Origin: Ministeria vibrans ATCC 50519
Taxonomy: Eukaryota; Protista; Filasterea
DNA: 64,000 nucleotides
Assembly: GCA_943704425.1 (NCBI GenBank)
Contig: CALSCP010000141.1
Span: forward strand, 1 to 64,000
Reading direction: 5' to 3'
Positions within the stretch are counted from its first letter, which is position 1; every line of letters starts with the position of its first letter. The position numbers and the translations under genes were made by a program. A model generated the notes under the pieces. It made no database searches and was not told where the DNA came from. It was given only the letters and a program-made list of their open reading frames with translations. Positions 1 through 12,000 of this stretch are shown here, in pieces.

Positions 1-156
1 GGGGGGGGACGAGGGGTTCGGAAGGGTGAGTCAATGGGTGGCGTTGACGGCGACGATGAAGCACGCAAAGGCTGGGCCCGCCATGCCCCAGCTGATGCAG
101 GTGGTGCCCGTGATGAGTGCGTTGCAGCGCAGCAGTAGCAGCACTTGCCCCGAATA
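1..156 (+). CDS. Probable 3' end of a gene starting upstream of the window
   Basis: GC-rich open frame (...MPQLMQVVPVMSALQRSSSSTCPE*) ending in TAA, followed by an AT-rich spacer and a convergent gene; frame not certain. Confidence 0.35.
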
Positions 157-262
157 ATAATAATAATTAGTGAAAAAGTTAAAAGTAATAAAATAATTAT
201 TACTAATAATAAAATAATAGTAATAATTTTTATCATTAAGCCAAGGTTGTAATTTGTATTTT

Positions 263-2209
263 TTAATCTCTGTTCAAAATGTCAAGCACTCTTTTTTTCC
301 ATTTCGAGTGCGCGCTCACAATCTCAAAATGACACTCTGATTCGTTCTTTCTCTTTTCGGCGTGTTCTCTCTCAGTCTCTCTTTTCTCATTTCCACGCAT
401 TTCCGTTTGCAGTTCAAATGGTCTCACAACCGTCTGTCGGTTCTTCCACCCATTTCCCAATCCAAACACTCTCTCTTCGTGCTCCGCTTGCCTTCTCTCT
501 TGTTCCTCTTTTGCTCTCACTCTCTTCTCAATCCATTTTTCCACTCCACAAACACTCATTTCCGCACTTTTTTTGCGCGCACTTTTGCCTGTGTTCGTTT
601 CCGGCGCAAACGTACACTCACTCATTTCCCGTTCCATTTGCGCACTCTTTCCCTTTTCTTCCCACTCCCGCTTTCTCCGATTCCACTCACTCAGTCCCTC
701 AGAGTCTTTTCGACTCGCACTCACTCGACTCTCCGCACCAAACACACGCACTCCAAACTGTGACGCAAAGGGACACGCATGGCGCAGTCGTTCCTCCTCC
801 GCTCTTTGTGCCTCACCCTGTGCGCTGTTTCGACTCGTTTGACTCTCCGCCGCCAATTGAGCGTGAGTGCGTTTCATTTGCGCTGAGCGCCCGTTGATCA
901 CCGGCACATGCGACCACTGTGCATAATACTGTCTTTGCGTGGCGCTTCTATTCTCCCCACTTGGCACAGACAGTTTCTCAGTGCGACTCATACCCGCACT
1001 CGTTCGCACTTTGCGCTGTTTCTGTGTGTCCAACAGTCGCGAGTGTGCATCCAGTTCAGGCTCAAAGGGACACTCAGTGCGCTGTGCCTGTTCTGCATTA
1101 GCTATCGCGACAGCTCTGCGTTCCAGCAGCGCACTCTGTCGCTCACTCAAAGTACTTGTGACTTGACGCGTGACTGCTGTTGTGATGGGTTGGCGCAGCT
1201 GAGACTCTTCTTGCTCTGCCTTTTGCTGTGCAAGTCGTGTGTGCAGTGCCAAACGGTCTTGGTGGAGTTGCGTGGCTCGTTCAAAAAGTGGAATGCGATT
1301 CTCTGGGGGTGGCATGCGTTGATTCGTTTGAGGGTGAAATGGATGTTCGCGGGCAAATTCGTCTTCGAGTTGCGCTGCAATACGCTCGCGGGCCTCCCCA
1401 CGCACCTCCAAGTGAGCCAACAAGCGCTCTTCAGGGTACCGGTGCTGCGGCTCGTCGTGCGTGTGGCCGTAGCGCTTTTCACGTCGCTCGCGTCGTCGCT
1501 GTGCAGCTGCTTCGGCACTCCGGCGCAGTCGTGCGAGATGTAATTCTTCCTCCTGTAGTCGCCGTTGCTCACGCTCCGCGTACGCTTCGGTGCGTGGCTC
1601 ACTCAGACGGGCGGTTGCAAGGAGACGCGTCGAGGGGAGTGAGTTGGAGCGCTGTCGTCGAAGAGCGGGGCGAACAGTGTGCGCTTTGGGAGTCGGTTCG
1701 GGCTCGCTGTAGTCGTGTGTGCGTGCGCGTGATGCCACAGTAGTTTGAAGGAGCGACGATGAGGGTGTGGATGGAGTCGGCGGTGAGGGTGGGGCGACTG
1801 GTGCGGAGTAGAGAGCAAGAGAGCGCTGATGAAAGGTCGACGAGCGCACTGCGTTGGTCGCCTCGTCGAGAATGCGCGACAGTGCTTCGCGTCGGGCACG
1901 ACGGTCGTGTTCTGCGTCGTGAATAGCAGTCGTGAGCGTCGCTTGGAGTCGCCTGTAGGCGCCAGTGCCACTGGAATTCACCTGTGAATATTTGAAAAAC
2001 GAAAAATTGAATTAATTGTTTGTTTGGCGTGAATTGACGCAAATGCGAAAGTTGGAAGGACGAAACTGCAAGGAGGGGTGGTACGTAGATTTGCTTACAC
2101 GCAGAGGATTGGCGCTGTGAGGCCGCTGTGGAGGGTGGGCGGAAGTGCCGACACTCACGACCGTTTCAGAGCTGCTGGCTGTGGCGACAGGGCTGGTGGG
2201 GCGGTTCAT
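263..2209 (-). CDS. Coiled-coil protein with repeated F-x-P motifs (TPX2/FAM161-like microtubule-associated type); 2 exons (2209-2099, 1981-263)
   Basis: 572-aa ORF preceded by a CAG acceptor; upstream exon MNRPTSP...NPLR ends in a phase-0 GTAAGC donor; motifs HPFHPQTN, CPFEPELD, CTFAPETN, RPFEL alternate with E/R-rich helices. Confidence 0.7.
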
Positions 2210-2429
2210 GGTCAGAGTGGAAGCAGCCTAGAAGGTGGGTAGCACGGCAGAGCAGTAGGAGAGAGTGGATATATTATGATTGGGGAAATAACTCAAATAA
2301 GTAAAATATTAATATTAATATTCATTGATATTCATTAATATTCATTGATATTCATTGATGATTCTTACATTGATACTTCATAACAGCTGCATTACAAAAT
2401 AAAAAGAGCCAATTCAATATAAATCCAAA

Positions 2430-3428
2430 TCACGGCCAAGGATGAACTGCATCAATTACACTGCGCAGCTGCTCCAGCAACGCCACTGCCTGAGTGCGCG
2501 GCGCTCGAAACCTGCCACAGTGTCAAAAGAGAAACAAAGTAATAGAGTGAGAGAGAGAGAGAGAGTTGAGATAACATACATACAGACTCAATTAGTGGTA
2601 TCACTTTGGTATCACTTTTGTATCGCTCAATTGGAAGTATCACTCACATTGACCATGAAATCGCTCCCCCTTTGGCTCTCCTGCGCATTCGATAGTGCAC
2701 TTCAATAAACATTTCGTCAATAAAAGACAAAATTTCCGGAGACTCTGCAAAAATCTCCTCAAAAACTTCGTACTAAGTAGAAAACAAGACGTGTCAATCC
2801 ATTTGTTTGTTGTTTTTGTGTGTGTTTGTTTTTTTCTTTTTTTTTCTGCGGTACTTCTCCTCCTTCGATATCAAACTTGAGGATGACAAAGTCGTCTTTG
2901 GTCACATTTGCGTGGGCGAACAGAATAGACTTGAGCGTGGCACAGGGTTCACTAGTACTCCCACTACTGCCACTGTGACATTGCGCTGCCGACTCGACAC
3001 GCACACCCGAGTGGAGGTGAATGTTGCGGTACTGCTTGGAGGAGATGATGGTGCGTGTGTGGTCGAGGATGTCGTTGCGCGCGGGCAGAGTTGTGCGGTT
3101 GTGCTCCAGTTCGTACGCAAAAACACTGTCAATGCGACGCGGATAGTGCTTGAAGAACCAGTCGATGGACGAGCGGAAGGAATGCGATCCAATGTCAATG
3201 TAGACGCTAATAAAGAAGAAGACGATAAGACGTTGCTCTGCAATCAAAACGGGGGCAAACTGTACACTCGTTGTGATTCCATCGGCACTAAAAAATTGCC
3301 AAGCAACAGCGGCAAAATGTGTTCGCGACTCTCAACAAAAATTGTACGGTTGGTGATAAATGGCCTGCGAAACTCGTTCTCGGGATCCAGGTCTACAGAC
3401 AAGCATGGCAGTCAGGTGCGCCAGGCAC

Positions 3429-3509
<81 letters not shown>

Positions 3510-3902
3510 GAAGTCGCGTGTACCTTCTATGTGACAGAAGGTCCTTTCTTCCACTGCTATTCGGTCTCGTAGCAACGTTAGTTCATTGTCGCTTAGAACG
3601 TGCGCCTGTTGTGCAGCAGCCGCTTGTAGACACGAGTCACTTGCATGAGTTGGGACAAACGCGACGTGCTGCGGATCGAGTTTTTTGGAGCTGTTTGTGA
3701 TCTGCTCCAGTAAATGGAGGACAGCGATGTGTTCTACCCTCCTCTTCGCCTTCTCGGGCTCTACAGGTGTGTCTCGACGCACGACTGTACGCGAGATGAC
3801 GTCTGGAATCGATGTTCGCGGCGAAGAGTAGTCAGAAGTGCGGATGAGGACCACCACGGCGGAGACAAGTCCTAGGACGAGAAAAAGTCGTCGTCGTCGC
3901 AT
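2430..3902 (-). CDS. Type II membrane FkbM-like (Methyltransf_21) SAM methyltransferase, 5 exons
   Basis: N-terminal RRRR + hydrophobic anchor; spliced motifs VYIDIGS, VFAYE, DDFVILKFDIEGGEY, IDEMFIEVH and C-terminal VHPWP*. Confidence 0.8.
3432..3504. repeat. (GT)n microsatellite in intron
   Basis: Uninterrupted GT run. Confidence 0.95.
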
Positions 3903-4145
3903 GAAGAATAAATGTCAATTGACAATTCAAGTAATAGTCAAAACTCAATTCTTCATTATATATTAATTATCATAATGCATATATTAGTCTAATATTCTTC
4001 AATCTTCATTGTATATTTGCATTGTACTTTTACCTCCTTGAGTGAACTTTTATGTGACTTTTATCAAGTCCCTCGTATAATATGGTAATTGAATTACCCT
4101 CCTTGTCATTAGTCAAACGACTTAATAAGTTTAATTGTTTGTTCT

Positions 4146-6796
4146 ATGAATCGATTGAATGGCGCACCTTGCATCACACGCCTTGCCGTTGCACTCGCAA
4201 TGGCGACGTGCGCCCTGGCGACCACTGATCTGCTGATCTACGGTGCAACTCCTGCCGGAATTGCTGCTGCCCTTGCCGCCGCCCGGTTTCGTCCTACTGC
4301 CAGCATCCTCATTGTGGAGCCCACCAAACAGATTGGAGGAATGAGTTCGCCTGGTACATTCTCATTGTGTGACATACCCACTCGACAATTCGTAAACAAA
4401 AGAATCACACCCAATTCACCTCCACTCCGCCGCTTTCCCTCTGGTTTCCAGGCGGCATTGGCCTGCGTGACATAGGGTCCATCCCCACCATCAATGGGTC
4501 GATGCTTGCGTGGGTACGTCAGCCATTGCGTTTCAAACGGGTTTCAAACGTTTCTTTGACTCTTCTTCCGCCCTTCTCTCTTCCAGGCGATGCTCAACGC
4601 CGAATACTACCATGTCGACTACCCCGTGTGGCAGCCTGACAACCACGTGGGCGAACAGAACTTTTGGAGACTTCTGAATGCGCAGTCGAACGTTCAGACG
4701 CGCTTGAGCTGCTCACTGGTGCGCGACTCTCTGTCAAGCACCGTCAACGTCACCGAGACGGGCCTCAGGGTCCATCGCACGCGCTCCGAGCATGTCACCG
4801 TGCACGACGGGCGTGTCACCGCCTTGCAAGTTCGCTGCAACGGCAGCAGCACGACCGAGACGCTCACCGCAGAGACGTTTATCGACGCAAGCTACGAGGG
4901 CGACCTTGCCATTGGTGCTGGAGTGAGCTACACGTGGGGTCGAGAGCCTCGCAGTGCCTACAACGAAGTTCTAGCCGGTGTCCAACAGAAAACGCCCTAT
5001 GGTCAATTTGTCCACCAAGTCAACGGTAGGATTTTACAGGAAGTGAACTTGCACACAGAGAACGACACACGAACAATAACAAATTGCCCTCGTTCCAGCG
5101 AGTGATTCTCAGGGTCAACTTCTTCCTGGTGTGGCGCCTGGCACACTTGGCGAGGTTGGTTCGGGCGACGACGGCATGATGGGCTACTCCTTCCGCCTCT
5201 GCACCACGACCAACACAGTAACCCTAGTCCTAACCCCAACCTTGAATCTAATCCTTTTTCTTTTCTTTTTTCGTAGTCCAACCAAGTGCCCTATCCTCGT
5301 CCTCCCCAGTACAATGCAGCTGACTTTGCTCTGCTGGCCAACTTCATTGAGGCGGCAAAGCAGGCCAAAACGAACCCCAATATGCCCTTTGGCACTCTCA
5401 ACTATCGATCATATCCTCCTTCAAACAAGTACACTCTCGCCCGCTCACGCACTTTACACGTCGCTCACTCTATTTTTTTTTTCTCTGTCTTTCTTTTTTT
5501 CTCTTTCAAGGTACGACATTTGCGACTCTGGCGCCGGAATTACAACCGACCTAGCAGGTGGAAATACCGGGTATGTGAATGGGAGTGACAGTGAGCGACT
5601 GGAAATCAAAGCGCGCCATCACTATTATGTCATGGGAATGATGTACTATCTGGCGACTGAGCCGAATGTACCCGATTCAATGCGACGCGTAGTAGAGACG
5701 CACAAACTGTGCAAAGACGAATGGCCCTTAAACGGACATATTCCATTGCAATTGTACGTGCGCGAAGGAACGCGCATTGTCGGCGAACGAGTGATGACGC
5801 AAAATGATGTCTTTGGTGGAAAATGCCTGAATAACAGTATTGGAGTGGGCAGTTGGGGGTATGACATTCACGTGATTCAGCGAAAGGTACAAAAAAAAAA
5901 GCAGAAATGCTTTCATTTCTCCTTAGTGTGGCTCTTACACACTCTTGTTCTTTCTCTCATTTTTTATTCTTGTACTTTAGGCAGTGGTGGGCTCACATGG
6001 AGTCCACGTGGCGTACAATGAAGGGTCGACTGCACCAGGAACACCCATTTCAGGCCACCAGAAGGAATTTGACTTGCCCTACACTCTATTGACGCCGAAA
6101 CGCAATGAAGTGGAAAATCTGCTGGTACCCGTGTGCTCTGCGTCGACGCACGTGACGTTTGCGGGAATTCGTGAAGAGCCGACGCTAATGCAGTTGGGAG
6201 CGGCGGCGGGTGTGGCGTCACTTGTGGCACAGGAGAGTCGCGTTGCGGTGCAAAGTGTATCGGTGGAGACAGTTCAACGCGCGTTGTTGCAACAGCATTT
6301 CTTTGTGCATTGGCCCGCGCGCGATAATTGCTCTGTCGTGCCGCCGAGCGGGCTGCATGATGGCGATGTGTTTGCGGCGTTGTGCAATCCCACGACGCGC
6401 GTACAACAAAAGTGGTCTTTTCACTCGGCAGACGGTACAGTGCGCCAGAGTGCCAATGCGAGTGTGTGTTTGAGCGTGGAGAATAGCCGCGCAGGCGTGG
6501 GTGGTCATGGACAGGCGATTGTGGCCAGGGCATGCGATGCTGCGCTACGCAATGACCAGAAGTGGAGTTTTAAGCAGACGGCTCAAGGTCATGAAATTGT
6601 CTCGGTGGAACCACGCGCATGCCTCAACTACGCCGGCACCTGTTCGTGTGTCAACATCATCAACGAAGCAGCGGCCACCGAGCTGTGGCAGTGCGGTGGG
6701 GGCGGCACTGACGATGTGTGGGCGTTTGACTCACACGTGGGAACAATTTCATCCGTTACGTCCTCTCGCTGTCTTGATGTGTATACCAGCAGATAG
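4146..6796 (+). CDS. Secreted FAD-dependent oxidoreductase (FAD_oxidored/PF12831 type) with C-terminal ricin-B lectin domain, multi-exon
   Basis: Signal peptide; DLLIYGATPAGIAAA; GGMSSPGG; FIDASYEGDL; GREPR..YNE; QLYVREGTRIVG; NLLVPVCSASTHV..IREEP; C-terminal QKW-type repeats with Cys pairs. Confidence 0.85.
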
Positions 6797-6877
6797 TCCC
6801 CGCATTTTTTTTCTGTTCTTGTGATCTACGAAATTTGATTTTTGAGAAGCAGTTTCATCTCTTTCAATAAAAAATAT

Positions 6878-6914
6878 ATAGAAAATCGAGAGGTGTACTC
6901 AATGTCAAAACAAA
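6878..6914 (-). promoter_or_regulatory. Copy 1 of a 37-nt 3'-region element (second copy at 61371-61407)
   Basis: 32/37 identity between copies; predicted 6-bp stem with 7-nt loop on the minus strand. Confidence 0.55.
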
Positions 6915-7078
6915 ACTATATACAAAACAAAGAGCAATCACTTTCAATAATACAATAGACGAATAATAATAATAATAATAATTATTATTATTATGCGTTT
7001 TGGTTTTGTTGTTTTTCATATTTTTCTTAATTTCGCAATCATCATAATAATTATTATTACTGTATTATAATATTAATT

Positions 7079-8150
7079 CTATTCGCTATCGGACGACGGA
7101 GAGAGCGCATCCAAAGTTGCAAACTTGCGACGAAGAGCACGACTCATCATGGGCGTGAGTCCATCGCCGGTCATACTGCTGCGTTGGTGCTTGGAGCGGG
7201 AAGGCGTGCCACCGGGAGAGCGTGAGATGCCGCTGTGTTTGAGTTTGGCCGAGCGGATCTGGTCGAGACTGAACAGAGCCTGAGGGGTATCTGTGGAGCG
7301 TTTGTGGTGGTGGTGGTGGCTGCTGCGGTTGGGTGTTGTTGTTGCGGTGCGCTTTGTGCCTGTGGTGGTGGAAAACACAGCGGCAGGTGGGGGGGGTGGG
7401 GGTGGAGTGGGGATGGCAAGAGGAGTGGTGGTGGCGACGCGGAGAGGGCTCTCCGTGCGGTGTCCCGCCACTGTGTTTGTCAGGTGGTGATGCAACTGCT
7501 GGGCTCGCTCATACTCCTGTTTTTGGAAGCGCTGTTGGTCTGCGTGCCATTTTTCTTGCTGTTGTTGGTAGGTGGTTTGGTTGCGCTCGAGTTCGCGCAC
7601 ACGCTGTTCGAGGGTGTGCAGTCGTGTGTGCAGCGCCGCAACATCCTCGCTGCTTGTCGTTGTGGTTGTCTCGCCGCCTGCAGACTTTCCGTAGAAGAGT
7701 GACTGGATGGCCAGAGAGAAGTAATCGCCAAAGCGACTCTTCATCGACGTAAGAACTCCTGAAAAGATCAATTTGTGTTAGGATCGCTTTCTCTTCACGC
7801 AACTTGACAAAAGTTAACAATAGGCGACGATAAACTGATTGCAAGACACGAATGCGAAATACAATGTCGCTACGCATCAGAGGACGCATCCAAAGATTCA
7901 AATCTCACCGGTTCTTTTGCGCTGCACTGGAATCGCCACGGGCGTCGACGGATCGCCTTCCTCGCGCGTCAGACGACTTATTCTTGAAGACTCAATGGCA
8001 CTGCGCGCAAGAGGCGAGCGAGCCTGTACGATCTTACGGCGTTTTCCAGAGCGTAACACTCCTGATCATTATTTTTGAAAAATAGTATGAGTTCAATTTT
8101 GTAGTCTGTTTCAGTTCAAGTTTACGTGGGGAGGGCGAATGGTTAGGCAT
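7079..8150 (-). CDS. PRR11: Proline-rich protein 11 (PRR11)-like; 5' exons tentative
   Basis: Coiled coil, poly-Pro, then C-terminal RSPGGTP...TGDGLTPMMSRALRRKF, matching the recalled PRR11 signature (RSPGGTP...TGTGLTPVMTQALRRKF). Confidence 0.75.
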
Positions 8151-8509
8151 TAAGTGTTCGGTAATATGAAACGGGTGAACAAGAGAAACAGAGTGAGTTA
8201 GTCATTATTGAATATTGAGCAGTGAAAAGCGAAATATGATCGTTGGTAATGTCACGACTACGATTGATCTCTTCTCTCTCTCTTCACAAGACCTGTGCCT
8301 CTGCCACAGCCATGGCAACATTAAGTTTGCAAGTAATTGGCAGGTATGAGGGCAATTGGCGAGTCGAGACTGCGCTACAGCGGGAAAATCAAGATGAGAT
8401 CGTGTCAAGTATCAAAAGTGCAAAACGATTGAAAAGTGAAAATGAAACCGCTAATGAGTCAAAAAATTGTATACACTGCCTCGTGTGAAATTCTGTTTGT
8501 GCTATACTA

Positions 8510-8836
8510 ATGTCAAGTGCGGCCGCCCCCAAACCCTGCCGCTTCAGCTCGGCCTGTACGCGTGCCGACTGTCCGTATGCGCATCCCCCGGGCCACGTTG
8601 TGGACGGTGAGTCCCCTGCCTGCCCCACACCCCGCCCCACATGCCCACCCGACCCCCGACCCTCCCCGCCCCATCGTCTACCCCTCTGCAAACCGTTTTT
8701 CTCACTTGCATGCTCCTTTTTTTTTTATGTTTTGTGTGTGTCTCTCTCTCTCTCTGTTTCTCTTTTTCTGAAGCTAACGCTGCCAGCAAGGCCCCCAGAC
8801 CTCCCTGCCGCGATGGATTCCACTGCACTCGCATTG
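8510..8836 (+). CDS. Two exons encoding a Nab2-type CCCH zinc finger and the start of a second finger
   Basis: PCRFSSACTRADCPYAHP (C-x5-C-x4-C-x3-H), phase-1 intron, then PCRDGFHCTRI followed by a GTACGT donor. Confidence 0.65.
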
Positions 8837-8886
8837 GTACGTTGGATATGTCGTAACTTTCGTTCGTTGTCAAATTCACTTTTGGT

Positions 8887-8926
<40 letters not shown>

Positions 8927-9020
8927 TATGTGTGTGTCTTTTTTTTGACTCGATCGATTGTGCGTCTCAACTGATTCGTTCGGGTGTGCGTGGATGTGTG
9001 GATGTGGGCGGGCGTGTGCA

Positions 9021-12000
9021 GCAACCCTTGTGGACCGGCGTGCGGTCATGGCCGACCTGGTTCTGCTGGATGGCGAGTGCATCAGCGAAGACGGAATCAT
9101 TTCGGCGCTCAAGGACCGTTACGAGCGCGACGAGATCTACACCAACATCGGCGATGTGGTGGTCTCCATCAACCCCTTCCACCTGCTTGCCATCTACGGC
9201 GAAGAACGTAAGCTACAAAGCACAACAGCAAAACAAACAAAAAAGAAGAAAAAAAAGAAGAAAAAAAAAACACAGAAAAGTTCACAGACTCTGATCTCCG
9301 CTTTGTGCGCCACAGACATGCGCGCGTACAACGTCAAGTCCGACATGGTCTTTAGGCTGTCTCCGCACATCTTTTCGCTGGCCAACGCCGCCTACAGAAA
9401 CCTCAAGGCGTTCCGTACCGACCAGGTCGTGTTGATCACGGGTGAGTCGGGCTCGGGCAAGACGGAGGCCGCCAAGATCATCATGCGCTACCTCGCGAGC
9501 GTGTCGGGAAGCGAGGCACACGCGTCGCACATCAAGGTGCAGCTGCTGCAGTCGAACCCCGTCATGGAAGCCTTTGGCAATGCGCGCACCCTGCGCAACG
9601 GCAACTCGTCGCGCTTTGGCAAGTACATGGACATGCAGTTCAACTATGCAGCCGAGGCGGTCGGCGGCGAGATCACATCGTATCTCCTTGAGAAATCACG
9701 CGTGGTCTTTCAGGTACTGTGTCGGTTTCCTGTCTACCCTTTCCTTCATTGACAAGACGCGTGTTGTGTGTGTATGTGTGTGTCTGTGTGTTTTGTTTCT
9801 TCTTCTTTTTCTTCTTCTCTATTTCCTTTAGGCTGAGGGCGAGCGCTCCTTCCACATGTTTTATTATCTTCTGGCTGGCGCCGAAGAGGGGCTACTTGAC
9901 TTTTTGGGACTGCAGCGAGACGCGGGCGCCTACCAGCTGCTGTCGCGGTCGGGCAGTCACCTGATCGATCAGCAGGATCACGACGCGGGCATGTTCCGGC
10001 GCCTCATCAAGAGCTGTCAGGCTGTCGGGTTCAGCTCCGAGAGCGTCCAGATGCTTCTTGAATTGACTGCGGCCATTCTACACCTGGGCAACGTTGAAGT
10101 GGCGGAGGAGACAACAAGTGACGGTAACGACTACGTCTTCATTCGGCCCAGCGACTCCTTCGGCCACGCCGCCGCCCGTCTCTGCATCACCCCCGAGCAG
10201 CTCGCTACTGCCTTCACCCGTCGCACTGTCTCTAGCTCAGGCGAGTCCTTTCTTGTCTCGCTCACCCTTGATCAGGCCATATTTGCTCGCGGGAGCATGT
10301 GCAAAGCCATCTACGAGCGCATGTTCAAGTACCAAAACAAGAATTATACTAATAATAATAATAATATTAATAATAATTATTATTATAATAATAATAATAA
10401 TAATAATCATAATAATAATAATAATATTAATAATAATAATAACAATAATAACAATAACAATAATAATAATAATAATAATAATAACAATAATAATATAACA
10501 ATAATAATAATAAGAACAATAATAATTTTATTTTGCGCTTGCTCACGAAATGTTCTGTCGTCTTTCTAGACTGATTGTACACACTATCAACCGCAAGATC
10601 AAAGTAGACCCGTCCGTGTGTGTGCCGTCGGACGTGCGTCGTTTGGGCGTGCTTGACATCTATGGTTTTGAGGTGTTTCCCGCCAATGCATTTGAGCAGC
10701 TCTGTATCAACTACTGCAACGAGAAGCTCCAGCAGGTATCTTTTTCTACCATTGTTAACTTTTTCCACCTTATAACGCCCTGTCTTATTATACATACAAT
10801 ACTATTATTTATGGGCAACCTATTCACTCACACGCATCTCCGCTTCCCCTCGTCACACTATAGCTGTTTGTTTCGCTGACGATTGAGCGGGAACAACAGC
10901 TGTACATCTCGGAAGGACTGGACTGGGTCCAGATCGACTATTTCAACAACAAGGCCATCTGTGCGCTCCTTGAGAACACGCCCAATGGCATCTTTCCGAC
11001 GCTCGACGAGCAGGGACTGCTGCAAAACGACAGCGACACCGTCTTCCTGGAGGAGCTCACGTCGCGTAACCAAAACGACCCGCACTATGAGACGCGCAAG
11101 GGAAACAACAAAGAGTTTACTGTCCATCACTATGCCGGCGCAGTCACGTATCAAGTAAGTACATTCACACACTCACACACTAAGCACACACACTAAGCAC
11201 ACATTTAAACATACATCGAGCATCGTTGGGTCTCTCACACTCCTCCTTTTTTTAGATCGAAGGGATGATCCGCAAGAACAACGATACACTGTTCAAGGAC
11301 ATTTCGCGTGCGATGTTCCGCTCTAGCAATGCCACGGTCTCGTCACTCTTCCCCGAGGGCGGTTTCTCCGACGCCGAGCTGATGAAGCGCCCCGTGGGCG
11401 CCGCCATTCAGTTCAAGCGGTCCATCAACGAATTGCGCGCTAACATTGCGTCAAAGCAGCCCCACTACATCCGCTGCGTCAAACCCAATGACGACCAGGC
11501 CCCCCACACCTTTGATTGGACCACCATTGCCATGCAGGTCAATAATAACTGGACGTTGTGTGTGTGTGTGTGTGGCTCGGTCTGATTCTTCAAAAAATTG
11601 TCTTTAGGTGCAATATTTGGGCATGCTTGAGAATGTGCGAGTGGCGCGTGCGGGGTTCGCCTTTCGCGAGGACACAACCTGGTTTGAGATGCGCTACCGC
11701 TGCTTGTGCATTCCTCGCCTCTTCCCCCGCACTCCCGCACACATGACATCCGCAGAGGCAGTTGCGCTGATTCTACACGAAGCCAAGGTACAAGAAGGAA
11801 AAAAAAATAGTATCATTATTCTTAATTATTATTGTGATTGTTGCTTTTTTGTGTGTGTGTGATGGGGTGCGTTAGATTCCGAGCAGCGCGTATGTGGTTG
11901 GACGCACCAAGGTGTTCTTCCGTGAGCCACAGCACATTGAGCAGCTTGAACGACTGCGCGACAAGACCCGCCCCTACATGGTCCGCCTCATCCAGCCTTT

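Noticed and set aside
10330-10569. Poly-Asn/poly-Ile tracts in the ORF track (also poly-Lys, poly-CV, poly-HT elsewhere)
   Set aside because: Translations of intronic microsatellites bounded by GT-AG
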